A stretch of 64,000 nucleotides of DNA from Mytilus edulis. Taxonomy: Eukaryota. The notes beneath the pieces were generated by a model that worked only from the letters and a program-made list of their open reading frames with translations, searched no databases and was not told the DNA's origin. The stretch lies in contig NC_092344.1 of NCBI RefSeq assembly GCF_963676685.1, positions 109,430,001 through 109,494,000 on the forward strand, read 5' to 3'. Below are positions 25,461 to 38,271 of the stretch, piece after piece. A program made the translations under genes and the position numbers. Position 1 is the first letter of the stretch. The number at the start of each line of letters is the position of its first letter.

Positions 25461-27751
25461 CGTAGCGACAATGACGCGGAGATACCAAATTTTATAAGTC
25501 AATTCCATTAAAAACATTCGTATAACTATCCTTTATACGTAGAAAAATTTTTTTTAATCCACTGACAACGTTGGTTACGTTTCCTATGATAATAATGCTT
25601 TAGTCGTTATCATTGGTTTCCATTGGATTTAAACCAAATATGCCTGAATGTTTATTTGTCACTAAACCTATGTATTCTCAGCTATCCGTAGGTCCTTGGA
25701 TTTGATGTGTGCTATACTTCTATAAAAAAGAAAAGAAATCACTGCTCAAGTGTAATAACAAAAGACAAATACGGTTTCATCTGTGTCATCTAAGTTTTAC
25801 CTGTCCTTGGGATAAAAACATATTCATCTTCAAGCTAAATGAGGGCAACAGTAGACTACAGATGTTTAATAGTCATACATCGATTAATCGAAAACAAATC
25901 CGGTTCCAGGTTAAAACAAAAATATCGAAAAAAATAAGATTTTATATTATAATTATGCCTTATATTTTGAATTACATTTAGTATTTGACAACAAGGGTCA
26001 GTTGATAAAAATGGTTTCGGCTTTCCAATTGTAAAATTTCCATATTTTATGTAGCAAGATTCCAGTAACGCCTGTACCGGGAGTATACATATCCCAGTTG
26101 ATGTAATATTCAAGTCGTTGGGTTTCCTATCCTATTTATTTGATAGAGGGTTACTGCTAACAATGAAGCAATGATATACGGATTCCAAATGGTATAATTT
26201 AAGTTATCCTTTCAAACGTTATACGGGACCTTGGTGGCCAAGTTATCTATGAAGTTTATCTACTGTATAACTAGCCTGTCAACACTTACGTTGTGTGTTC
26301 AAACACAGCACACTTAAGGTACTTTTTATTTGATTATGATTGACAGTTTTCTGTCGGGGGTCGATGGAACTCACTGGACACGCGAGATTCCTCTGACAAT
26401 AAAAAGGGATCGTCACGATAAAAAGCAAAATCACAAAAATGCTGTGTAACACAACGACAATCAACCTAGCAATAAAACAATTAAAGTTTTCCGCACGCCA
26501 TCACGATGTTCTTTTGCCGTTATGAAATATCTGACCAAAGACATGTTATCTTCTTATCCTCTCACTTCCAAGATAAAATCATCTGTTGCCGACAACATAT
26601 TACCGTAGCGACAATGACGCGGAGATACCAAATTTTATTAGTCAATTCCATTAAAAACATTCGTATACTTATCCTTTATACGTAGAAAACATTTTTTTAA
26701 TCCACTGACAACGTTGGTTACGTTTCCTATGATAATAATGCTTTAGTCGTTATCATTGGTTTCCATTGGATTTAAACCAAATATGCCTGAATGTTTATTT
26801 GTCACTAAACCTATGTATTCTCAGCTATCCGTAGGTCCTTGGATTTGATGTGTGCTATACTTCTATAAAAAAGAAAAGAAATCACTGCTCAAGTGTAATA
26901 ACAAAAGACAAATACGGTTTCATCTGTGTCATCTAAGTTTTACCTGTCCTTGGGATAAAAACATATTCATCTTCAAGCTAAATGAGGGCAACAGTAGACT
27001 ACAGATGTTTAATAGTCATACATACATCGATTAATCGAAAACAAATCCGGTTCCAGGTTAAAACAAAAATATCGAAAAAAATAAGATTTTATATTATAAT
27101 TATGCCTTATATTTTGAATTACATTTAGTATTTGACAACAAGGGTCAGTTGATAAAAATGGTTTCGGCTTTCCAATTGTAAAATTTCCATATTTTATGTA
27201 GCAAGATTCCAGTAACGCCTGTACCGGGAGTATAAATATCCCAGTTGATGTAATATTCAAGTCGTTGGGTTTCCTATCCTATTTATTTGATAGAGGGTTA
27301 CTGCTAACAATGAAGCAATTGATATACGGATTCCAAATGGTATAATTTAAGTTATCCTTTCAAACGTTATACGGGACCTTGGTGGCCAAGTTATCTATGA
27401 GGTGTATCTACTGTAAAACTAGCCTGTCAACACTTACGTTGTGTGTTCAAACACAGCACACTTAAGGTACTTTTTATTTGATTATGATTGACAGTTTTCT
27501 GTCGGGGGTCGATGGAACTCACTGGACACGCGTGATTCCTTGCACAATAAAAAGGGATCGTCACGATAAAAAACAAAATCACAAAAATGCTGTGTAACAC
27601 AACGACAATCAACCAAGCAATAAAACAATTAAAGTTTTCCGCACGCCATCACGATGTTCTTTTGCCGTTATGAAATATCTGATCAAAGACATGTTAACTT
27701 CTTATCCTCTCACTTTCAAGATAAAATCATCTGTTGCCGACAACATATTAC
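25461..27751. repeat. Recent direct tandem duplication of about 1.14 kb (25461-26603 and 26604-27751)
   Basis: Both units start CGTAGCGACAATGACGCGGAG and end GACAACATATTAC, with few differences. The ORF track shows paired near-identical peptides. Confidence 0.97.
26225..26470 (+). mobile_element. Degenerate tRNA-derived SINE (V-SINE-like); duplicate copy at about 27373-27620
   Basis: A-box-like GGTGGCCAAGTTATCTA, B-box-like GTGTTCAAACAC, and a central GGTCGATGG...ATTCCTCTGACAATAAAA block. Confidence 0.5.
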
Positions 27752-28044
27752 GTGTTTTGATAATACTTTTTCTTTTTCAAGGAACTTAAATGTATTTTTT
27801 TTCCTTCAAAATTGTACTTATTTTGTATTGTTAATATTTTGTTTAATCAATTTATCTTTGGGTGATGCACTTTGCTAAACGATTGATGAGCGTGTTCGGT
27901 TAGGTTGACAGCTTAAGCAATTCGAAGAATTTAAAAAGGGATTTATAAGTTCTGAAATTGATTATCTGACATGTAAACTATGCAATTAATTTCTCAAATT
28001 TTTAAAATGACTATTCTAAATTTCCTTCATAGAAGACACATTTT

Positions 28045-28215
28045 CCTATCCTAGCCATATATTACCTAAGCCGTATTTGGCAGAACTTTTTCTATTTTTT
28101 TGGCCTCCAATGCTCTCTAACTTTATACTTGTCAATTTTTATCTGAGCGTCACTGCAGACGAAACGTGCGTCTGTCGTATTAAATTATAAGCCTGGTACC
28201 TTTAATAACTATTTA
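28045..28215 (+). mobile_element. Retrozyme/PLE-type repeat with a core-deleted hammerhead
   Basis: GAGCGTCACTG[deletion]CAGACGAAACGTGCGTCTGTCGT; flanks match the reverse complement of 24760-24915. Confidence 0.75.
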
Positions 28216-29259
28216 CTGTAAAATGGGACAGATGTATTTCGTGGACTAATTTGTTGAACCCGTATAGCAATCAAAGGAACACAAGACGGAGCCAAACAAA
28301 GATTATTTATTCATTTAATAGCTTTCGATAGTGTTTTTGCATATAGGACGTTGTTAATTTTTGCTGTCATTTTGTTCTTTTGTGGAGATTTGTCTTATTG
28401 GCAATCATACCACATCTTCTTTTATAGGTTTTATTTTTTTCCTCTCTTTCTTATTCTCCTGCAATTTTGAGTATTCGTGTGGAACGTAACCATTAGCTTA
28501 ATAAATTGAGACATTTTTAATCAATTTTTCTGACACTCCGTCAGGTATCAAGATTGTTTTGATGTACCATATAGACAAAAGAACTTAAGACAATACATAG
28601 TTATGGATTTATCTATGTCTAAGTTACATCATGACTTTTGTTCTTTTCTTAAACATTGTCTTTTAAGTCGAAAAGTGTTAACATCATGCAACCAAACCAT
28701 TTACTGGCTGATGAACAGTTGTAATGCAATATCATTTATCATATATCTTTTCATCATTTTCAAACAGATCCATTAGATGCTTTCATTCTTTATTATTTTC
28801 TGTATGATTATTCGATTTCCTTTCTGAAAATAAACCATTATATCCATATTCTATTTCATTTTCCATACATTTTGGACTCGGATGTGCGTAAGGCAGACCT
28901 GGCTTAAAGTATAGTGATTTATGGTAGGCGAGGAAAAAGTGACACATAATTTTTCATACTGGAGATATTTTCATTGGTCATGATTGTTTAGAAACATGTG
29001 TAACCCAGTTGTTTTTATCATCTTTTTCTTTGTCCTATTATGATGCTTCTAGTAATGTTTTTGTAATGAACATGTTCTTGTTGCCGTAACATTTTATTGT
29101 TTTTTTCTGATTTTTCGAATTTTCTTTTCTTTGTGAATACATTTTCTTTTCTTTTTTGTCATATTGTACTCTTTCTGTCTTCGTCTTACTACAATTCAAT
29201 TTGATTTTCTAGTACACTTTCTCTTTTCTATTTTGCACAATATATTTGTTTTCTATGCC

Positions 29260-29445
29260 CTGAAACTTCGTTCTTGATTTTGCTTTAAAACTTTTTTCAA
29301 GTACCACTGGTGAGTTTTATGCATACAAAACGTGTGTCTGGCATAGCAAAGTATTAGCCTGGTATCTTATTCGAGTTTTTTTACATCACTAGGTCAATGT
29401 CAATCCATGTGTACGTTTCGTCCCCGATGGTATCACCAGCCCAAA
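29260..29445 (+). mobile_element. Retrozyme/PLE-type repeat with a mutated hammerhead
   Basis: CACTGGTGAGTTTTATGCATACAAAACGTGTGTCTGGCAT (both core boxes mutated), followed by family sequence also seen near 15265. Confidence 0.6.
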
Positions 29446-29698
29446 AAACATCTGTTCATTTAGTACCATGGGAGAGAGACCAAACCATATTACAAACCCT
29501 TAATATTTCCAATTCTATACTAGATTTGTGAATCAGTTACCTTCTTGTGATACTTGTTTATCTTTGATAGTTTTAATTGCCTGGTAATCTGGTATATGTA
29601 TCTAGCTCTCAATTGTGGTATTCTAGACTATTTCTGATTTGGTCAGAATTTCATTTTCCAACATAAAGTATTCTAAAATCTGTCTTGGTGTTCTAAAC

Positions 29699-30515
29699 GG
29701 TGCTTTGTTTTTGCGCCAATTGGCATTTCATTTGCGCCACAAACAATATTGCAAAATTAAATATATTCCTCAGAAATCAGTCGACATTAAACCACACAAG
29801 TAATGTTAAAACCTTAATGAAACACAGTTCTGTTATAAATAAACGTGATCATACCACCTAATACGAAATATGAAAGAAAACAGTTTACACTAGAGTTATT
29901 CTATGAAAGCATGAAACACTATTGTAAATTATACCCTTGCACAAAACTTGTAAGCGACGGCCCCGATGTATTCATGTCTGGAAAATTCCTACTCTCAAGT
30001 GCATACCATATTGATAAAAAAAAAATCCGTTTTTTCATGAACTGCAATCCATTTCAGTTGTTATACAAATGTTCTGGCTTAGCAAGGTTTTAGTTGTTCG
30101 GGGTACCAATAAACGACTTGGTCTCAATTTTTCAGAACGTATGATCTGATAATAAACTTAAGTGTGGTCATCAAATATTACACACTTAATTCTCTTGTTT
30201 TATGTCTAAATGGAGAATGTCCAACTTGACACCTCGAATATGAAAACACTACTGTATATATAATTATAAACTTTATATGACTCTCAGCCTCAAAATGAGT
30301 ATGGCACTGCACTCACTCCATTATCCAGGGTGGAATACTGTAGAGAAAAAACTTTTAGAGCAATGAATATTTAACTGTTCCTTTATTGCTTACCTGAATT
30401 ACCTGTAAAATGGCGCAAATGAAGTTATTTAATTTTTTGGCGCAAATGAAATATAACCTTGTGCCGCAAATAAAATATTGTAATTTTCAAAAATTAGCGC
30501 AAATGCAATGCGCCC
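29699..30515. mobile_element. Non-autonomous Mutator-like (MULE) element
   Basis: 9-bp TSD GTTCTAAAC at 29690-29698 and 30516-30524, GG...CC termini, imperfect TIRs with repeated TTTGCGCCA/TGGCGCAAA subterminal motifs. Confidence 0.8.
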
Positions 30516-31348
30516 GTTCTAAACCATCATTGTTAACTTATTTAGATGTGTTTATATCTGTTCTGAACTGCTTTTTTGTTCATGTAATTTTTTTGTATCC
30601 TTTGATCAAGATGACATTTGAACAAAAATACACTTTCTCTGCACAGGACTTTAAGTTATCAATGCTAGTTCTTTTTTTTTTTTTTTATATCATTGCATAT
30701 TTTGCAACACCAGTTTGGACAAAGGGAATATAGACTACAGTTGGTGATAATTGTATAGTGTTTCAAATGTCGTTGTCTATAATATGAACTAAATTCAATG
30801 ATGCAAAAACAAGAAACAAAAAAAAAGGAAACAATAACAATCTGTTTACTATGTATGTTTATTGTTCTGGATATACATAATAAATTGACAAACTTGAATT
30901 AATTCTCATATATATAAAACCTTTTTTTACTATTCAAAATTTTGCTTTTGGATGCGGGTTTGATTATGAATTGCTTCAAGCCAACTGTTAACCGAATGTA
31001 GTTGTTTATAATCTAACCACCAGCGAAGTAGTTCGTTTTTATGCGGTTAGAGAATAAATTTGCTATTCTTGTGCATCTTGCCATTGCATTTATCATTTAC
31101 ATACTACTTATCAATGACTGATTTCGCACTATTTATGACATGGTGAATAAGTTTTTTGCATGTTTTGACCGCAATGCATGGTACTATATGGTTTGATAAA
31201 AAGTAAGTGAATGATAATCTTAAATCTGAAAATAGGTCAATCTCAAAACAGTTTATAATCGTTAAAAGTATAGTATAGCGTTACGCTCTGTCATGATTAC
31301 TTAACCTTGCATATATACTAACACAATACCTCATTTAATTTGCTACAG

Positions 31349-32102
31349 GAACCAGTGCAATATCAACCTACTGCTGATAACAATAATGTGACACGGTGCA
31401 CAATTGAAATGAAGACTATAGTTAGACAAAACAGTAACACTAGTACAGATACTTACAATAGTTGTCTGACTCAACCACCGAATAGTCCTCTTAACAAATC
31501 GCCAGCAAGCAAGGCCAATATTTTATGTAGTCCCACATGCAAGACATTGTGTGGGAAAATTTCTTCAAATGCTCAACATAATTTATATATAAATCCTATG
31601 GATGACTCCGATTCTGGTATGGAAACTATAAATTCCGAATTAAATGACCTTACGGGTATTTGTGGTAAAAGTACATTCGAGAAAAAAGACTCTGAGCAGC
31701 CACTAGTTGTAAATGCATTTTCCGATCCGCCAATTAGCCAATCGAACCAAGTGATACAAAAATTGAATGAAGGTTTCACCACAACATGGCAGCTATATCC
31801 AAATCCCCAGCAAGAAGATGTTAGGCCTGAAATTAAACCGCCTAGCACTGTTCCACTTGGGAATCCGAAAAGGTCGAGCCTTAAGAGACACAAATCAGAG
31901 ACCAATGAAAAACATCCTCATTTTAGTGATATCAAAGAACGCAGCTATTCATCAACAGACAATCTACACTCTGAGTGTACATCTTCAAAAAACAAAAGTA
32001 TTAAATTTAGGAAAGCTGTATCTTTAGCTAGCAGACTTCATTCTAGTCCTTCAACAGGAAGAAAACTTGCAAATTATCACCTAATCGCAAATCCACAATC
32101 AG
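31349..32102 (+). CDS. Shab: Kv2/Shab exon: cytoplasmic tail with PRC-like motif
   Basis: Acceptor TTTGCTACAG|GAA is phase 0, matching the previous donor. Long Ser/Pro-rich ORF containing STDTYNSCLT. Donor TCAG|GTAAAC at 32103 (phase 1). Confidence 0.85.
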
Positions 32103-34364
32103 GTAAACACATTGTTGTCGTAAATCTTCATATTACTTTTTCATATTTTTCTGTCTGTTTTTTGTAGACTAGACAAGCACAAAAATGTAAGAGACGATTG
32201 ATTCTCTTCAAAAAGGGACAATACATTTTGCTCATTTCTTTTTAAATATAGCAAACTACAATAAGCACTATCTTTGACAAGCAAGATAAACTTAATGTTT
32301 CCTGTAAAAACAGTGAGGCAACCAGTATATTTGTTAGTCGTTCTATTTAAGAGGCAATTTTTTCTGCTTACAAAAACACAATTCGCAAGAAACAACAGAT
32401 GTTTCTCATTTTAATCCCCTGGATACAATTTGTTGTTAATATATAAGACGAGTCTTCACCATGTAAATCCAACCAGAAAGGGTGGTTTGACAGGAAATCT
32501 TTATCTTTGTAGCAAAATTGTTAACCTTTTAAAAAAAATATGAAAAACCCGTACTCTAAAGAATACACGATAAAAATCTAAAAAAAAGATTATAGTAGGA
32601 ATGCGTGTTGGTGACAGTCCTGTATATGCTGTGTGTTATTATTTCCTGCACTTTATATATATAGACTAGCTTGCACACTGAGATAGATAGTTTGCACATT
32701 ATTTTGTACGTTGTTTAGACACGTTTTGGAAAACACTCATAAATTTTAAACCTATTTGCATGCTGAATTATTTTGTCTTTCAGACGAAACGTTTCTCCTT
32801 TACTGAGTGAAGAATTCCAATGCCGATGAAAAAGACAGATTTCAGGTGCGATACATTGGTGTGACCTGTGCTGCATATAAAATCCACAATTTACCCATCA
32901 TCATCAACTTCCGCTTTAATTAGCTTTTACCTGGCTTTTGGTCCTATTTAGTTCGTTCCATGTTTTATGTTCTTTGTTTTATCTTCCTTTTCACTCTGAT
33001 GGTATAATGTTTATTTTTGATATTTATTTAAACTTCAATTTAATATTGCATATATTATGACTTGTTTGCAAGTTGCAAGTGGTTTTTTTTTTTATACATT
33101 TTTGTAAATTTTGTTTAAATATACTAGCTTACAACTTTAATTTATTCCAAACATTCATGGTATATATTAGAGAGATTATAATATGATAAATTAGTTTTCA
33201 TTTCATCCATAAAAAAGAAACGTCATAATTTTCTAGAAATACAGCAACAATTTAAAGTAACTAATGTTAAGTTTGTGATAAGAATTTGATACATAAATCT
33301 ATATCAACTAAGTATTTTTCAGTCCCTTTATACAATATGTCAAACATTCGGTGTCTTGACTCTCGCTGCTACCTCCATGTATCCCGCTTATTACTTGGTC
33401 ACACCAGTGTTTGCATATTCCTGAAATCCTTGTTTCTTTCTTTGTCTCAGTCTTAGTTCATTATGCTTTTGCTTTTGTTGCAATAATTTTGCACTTACTT
33501 TCTCTGCGATGCCATGGATATGAAATAACGTTTGAAAACATGCTTTTTGTACATTACTATGGATAAAGAGTAAAGTTTGCAGACTTTCTTTTTGAGTGAT
33601 ATTATTAAGTTATTCCTGTTTAAAAGAAGTATTACCAGATTGATGTCAACTTTTCAGCAAACGTGAGTTGGTCTCCACTTCGTTTAATATTTGATTTGGT
33701 TGTTGTTTTCATATATTTTTGCACGACATGTTTCAATTCTTATAGACATAAAAAAATGTAGTATGAGTGCCAATGAGAGAACTCTCTATCCAAGTCAAAA
33801 CTTGTAAACGTAAACAATTATACGTCAGGTACGGCATTCAACATGACGCATTGGCTGACACCGAACAGCAATCTATAAAGGGCCCAAACATAATTAGTGT
33901 TAAACCATTCAAACAGGACAACCAACGGTATAATCTGTATTAAAAAAAAAGAGAAATGGTTTGTATAGTGAAAACATCAATAAAATAGTTGATGCTTATA
34001 ACATAAAATATTTAGAAAAATTATAAAAGCTGTTGCGAATGCATTCACTTGGAACATTCGAATACTGACTACTATTGACTTCGAAACATTAATAAAATCT
34101 TTAACAAAAAGATCTCCAAAGACATTATTTAAACTGTGTTAAAACGTACCAAAATGAGCATTTACTGTTACAAAACTTGCTAGAAAAAATAGATTAATAT
34201 AGCACAATCGATATGATTTCAAATGTTGGAATTTGCTATAAATATCTTAATGTGAAGTGCATTAGATGTTGAATTGAAATTGAACTGCATTAGATGAACT
34301 GCCTTAGATGTTTTGTATTTGGTTATATTGAGGCTTAAGACCCATTTCATTTTTTTATTTTCAG

Positions 34365-35062
34365 GAACATTAGATATGGTGGGCAGAGAGACAAATACTA
34401 AAACAAGAAGCTGCAGTAGCTCTCCATTATTTGAACAGCCACCGACAAAGAAAAAATCAATTTTGAAAAAGGATGACCTTCAAAATAATTTTCGTTCGAC
34501 AGACAAATCGACGACAAACGATGATGACGTTTTTCTTCCTGACAATAATGTCAATTTTCAACAAACACATTCTAATATATTTTCTGAATTAAATCAGATT
34601 CCAGTTAAAGATGGCAATGACAACAGTGGAAAGTATTTGGCGAGTCCTAGTTCTCAAATATCAACAGAATTCACTGGAAGTCAGAGCATCGGAGATTTAG
34701 AATTCAGTGACAGTATGGCAAATCAACATAAATTATCAAATTGGCAGTGTGATGGTCAATCGTGTCAGAACGATACAAGTCCATCGGATAATTTAGATGT
34801 AGACGAAAGTATATTAGGCTCAAATTCTTGTGATCATTCTCCTTCTGAAATGAGTTTTTCTTCTCATAATTTTAACAGGTTATCTCCTCTTGACAATGAA
34901 AACCTGGATGCAAAATCAAATGCTGACCAAAGGGATTTTATATATTCCAACTCTAATCAAAGTACCGTAGTACCTATAGATGCTTTAATTAACAATCTCA
35001 GTAGACAGCATTCTGGAGATAGTGACAAGGACCAATATACGTCTGCGAATGCAAGTGGGTGA
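34365..35062 (+). CDS. Shab: Kv2/Shab terminal coding exon (disordered Ser/Asp/Asn-rich tail)
   Basis: Acceptor TTTTATTTTCAG|GA is phase 1, matching the previous donor. Open to TGA at 35060-35062. Confidence 0.82.
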
Positions 35063-38000
35063 CGGAATGTGTGTACTAGAAATAGGTACATTATCTTAAC
35101 CAAAAATTTATATAACGACATAACATAAGTAAACATAAAATCACTTAAGATGTATGCATATTACATAACAATACATGTTATTCAAGGTAACTTCAAAGAA
35201 TCAAATATAATTGTTGATTGCAGGTGATATATATTGAAGAATTTAAGTTGTTTCTGTTTATTTCTCGCCGAACGAAGCAATGTAGTATTCTTTATTCTAG
35301 AATTCAAATAGACAAACACAGAGGTTACGATAGTCGGAATGCAATATACAGTAGACCACGTACGAAGAGAGTGAGTGGGGATTTTGTCAGGTCTTGTCTA
35401 CATTTACATCAAGTTAAAAGAGGCACTCTCATGAACATGGTTAACGATTGATTGACAGATGGTTTGTTTGTTTGTAAACATCCAGCTGCAAATTTACGAA
35501 ATTTCTTCCAATGAGTTATATATAGTTGGTCATTCGCTCTACTGTTACATGTATTCAATACGCTTGCATGATATGCCATACAAATATTCTTGTTTCATAG
35601 AATAAAACGCTGTGTCGAGATTTGAACGTGCTACACACGAGTTACACAGTTGACAGCAGGCATTGTTATCAGAGCTCAGGAGGACCAAATTTAAGTCTGT
35701 ATTTAATTCAAAACTGTTGTGATAATTTTTAATTCACTGTAGCCTGGCAGCTTTCATTTCACAAATTTCAATAACTTATTTATATTGATAATCTTTTGGA
35801 ATTCCTTAGTTCAGAAAACAGGAAAACCTTAATATTAGAGTTAAAGGGCACATCAACATGAAAGATAATTATTTGAAAGCCAAATTTGTTTATCCTAACA
35901 CTCAAGTAGAATTTAGTGTTCTGTTGACGAGTATTTATGCTGGCAGAGGAGACAATTAAACGAATCTGTGTATTGTTGATAAACTTTCATTTTCTTTTGC
36001 TATATCGACACATATTGGCTGATATTTTAGTTCGTAAACCCTATTTTTTACATTTGTAGATTTAAGAAAATAACCTTGGAATTTGGAAATAAAGACGGAA
36101 AAGAGTACTTGAAACGCAGAAAGAAGCATTTGAAAATCTGTGACTGAGAATGGTCACAAGCATTTGACTATAGAATAGTTATAGGATGATTCAGCTCAGA
36201 ATATGAGGTGTTTGATCCCATTGTCTCTGACCGTCTGCTTGTTACGTCATTATATTTTCTGACAGTATCATACCATTTAGATATCAATAATTTCTTTAAG
36301 ATCTGTTCACAAATCCTTATTAGGTCAGAAAATACAAAAATTAGCATTTGTATAAGTCAGTTTCCAAAGTCATTAAGGTTCATTAATGTTCAATAAGGTT
36401 ACACTACTGAGTCTTACTCTGAAACTTATCACTGTTCTTTATGAAGCGAGAACACTTTGATTTCATTGTAAATATAAAAAAACATAAATTAAACATGTAT
36501 TAACTAATCCTTTTCATTACAAGTTGAGCAATGCAAACTTTTTAATATTGGCGTAATCGTCTAATGATGAAAATGTGAAATATTGTTTTGGTACTTGATT
36601 TTTAGTCATTAGATTGTTATTGTTATTGCCAAAAATATTTACCCGATATGGCATTTTGCATTGGGTAAAGTATGACCTTTTCTTTTTTGGAGAAAGTGGC
36701 TGCTGATGATTTTTCTTACACGTTATAAACGTCATTTTATTCTAGCAGTAAAGTTGGTAAAGTAATTGCATTTTTCAAGTATTTTCATAAAGTAAATTAT
36801 TACTTTGGATATCGCACACGACTGATTAGAAATATTTTCGAAATGCCAGTTTATGGACCTTAAAATTTTCTTCCACGGTTTGTAATTATGTATTGATATA
36901 AAATATATTTTATGAAATGTGAAGTTGATATAAAGAATACACTAGAAGTCTATTGATAAATTATAATGGATCTTATTTATTTTGAAGAGTAATAATTTAA
37001 GTCTATTGATAAATTATAATGGATCTTTTTCATTTGAAGAATGATAATTTTGAGATAACAGTGAAAATCAAATAACAGACAATGAATTGAACAATCGTTT
37101 AGATACAGTGTGTATGAATTCATCATACTTAAATATTAATAAAATGTCCCAAACCTTTATAGATTACTCATTTCAATTGTGCATGAAGATTGTTTTTTCT
37201 TCCTGAAAGCTGGAGAATAGTGATATTCTAGTACGATGATTACCATAATTATCAGAAGAATAATACCCATTTAGTTGTGCTTTATTGAACATACTTTTGT
37301 GAACCTTTAATCTTTAAAAACCACTGAATAGTAAAATTACTATTTTTCATGTTGAATTTTTATGAAGCCTCCTACACCGCTATTTATATATCTGACATTA
37401 TTATTCTTGTGCAATTTGCATAATTTACATTAGATAAATATGGAGATTGTAATGACAGTTTATTATAAATTCTACATAAATGTCATCGGTTTCAATTTTT
37501 GTATCTTTTAAGGAGAACAGTATGGCACGCTGTATTTATATTTATTCAACTTAAATGTCTTTTTACTTTATTAGATATCTTTACTTTTAGAAGATATCTT
37601 TAAAAATATTTGTAAGATATCTAAAATGTTCGTAAGGTTATAGATTAAGGCGACAGTAGTTCATCGATGTTCAAATATCGTAAATCGATTAAGAAGAAGC
37701 AAAACTTGAAACGCATTAACTCCAAGATTTTTTCTAGATATATTAGATATTTTATAGGATTTGTGTTTATTAGATATATATCTTAAATATTTAATGATCT
37801 ATCTTTTAAATTTTAAAATATATCTCATATAAAATCACAGGAGGTTGAAATCCTATCAATGAGGGTCTATAAATATGTCAACTCGACTATCACAGTAGAG
37901 CTTCTCTCGTAGAGAGAAGCGACAGGAATGCAACGCGTTTTTCATTTTTTTTTAACTTTTTTGAATCTGGGACTTTTTGATCGGAATAAACGCTATGCGT

Positions 38001-38197
38001 CAACTAATAAACATATTGTTACTTCAATTAACCACTTAAACTACTTTGCAGGTCACTAATTATTAATTTACAGCTTCTTTTTACGTCCTGACAGAATCCT
38101 TGTCATTATTTTTGGCCATGGGAGGAAGTCGAGGAAATTCCAATCAGCAGTGAATATCGATCGACTATCTCATGAATAAACATTAGAACATTGAACT

Positions 38198-38240
38198 TTT
38201 GAACTTTTGAACCATCATGAACTTCCGGTTTCTTTCCCGC
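38198..38240 (+). promoter_or_regulatory. Putative cell-cycle promoter module (2x CHR TTTGAA, ETS ACTTCCGG, E2F TTTCCCGC)
   Basis: Motifs at 38198, 38206, 38221 and 38233, 30-75 bp upstream of the ATG at 38272. A further E2F site TTTGGCGC lies at 38438. Confidence 0.45.
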
Positions 38241-38271
38241 AAAATTATTTCTTTCTACCAGAGCTGTCAAA

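Noticed and set aside
36946-37050. 53-bp tandem duplication (and a ~34-bp one at about 1135-1197)
   Set aside because: Ordinary slippage duplications with no evident function.
37836-37929. CACAG ends and internal CACAGTA as RAG/Transib recombination signal sequences
   Set aside because: No 5-bp TSD, no nonamer match at 12 or 23 bp spacing, and no RAG1-like coding sequence. The 7-bp TSD fits better.
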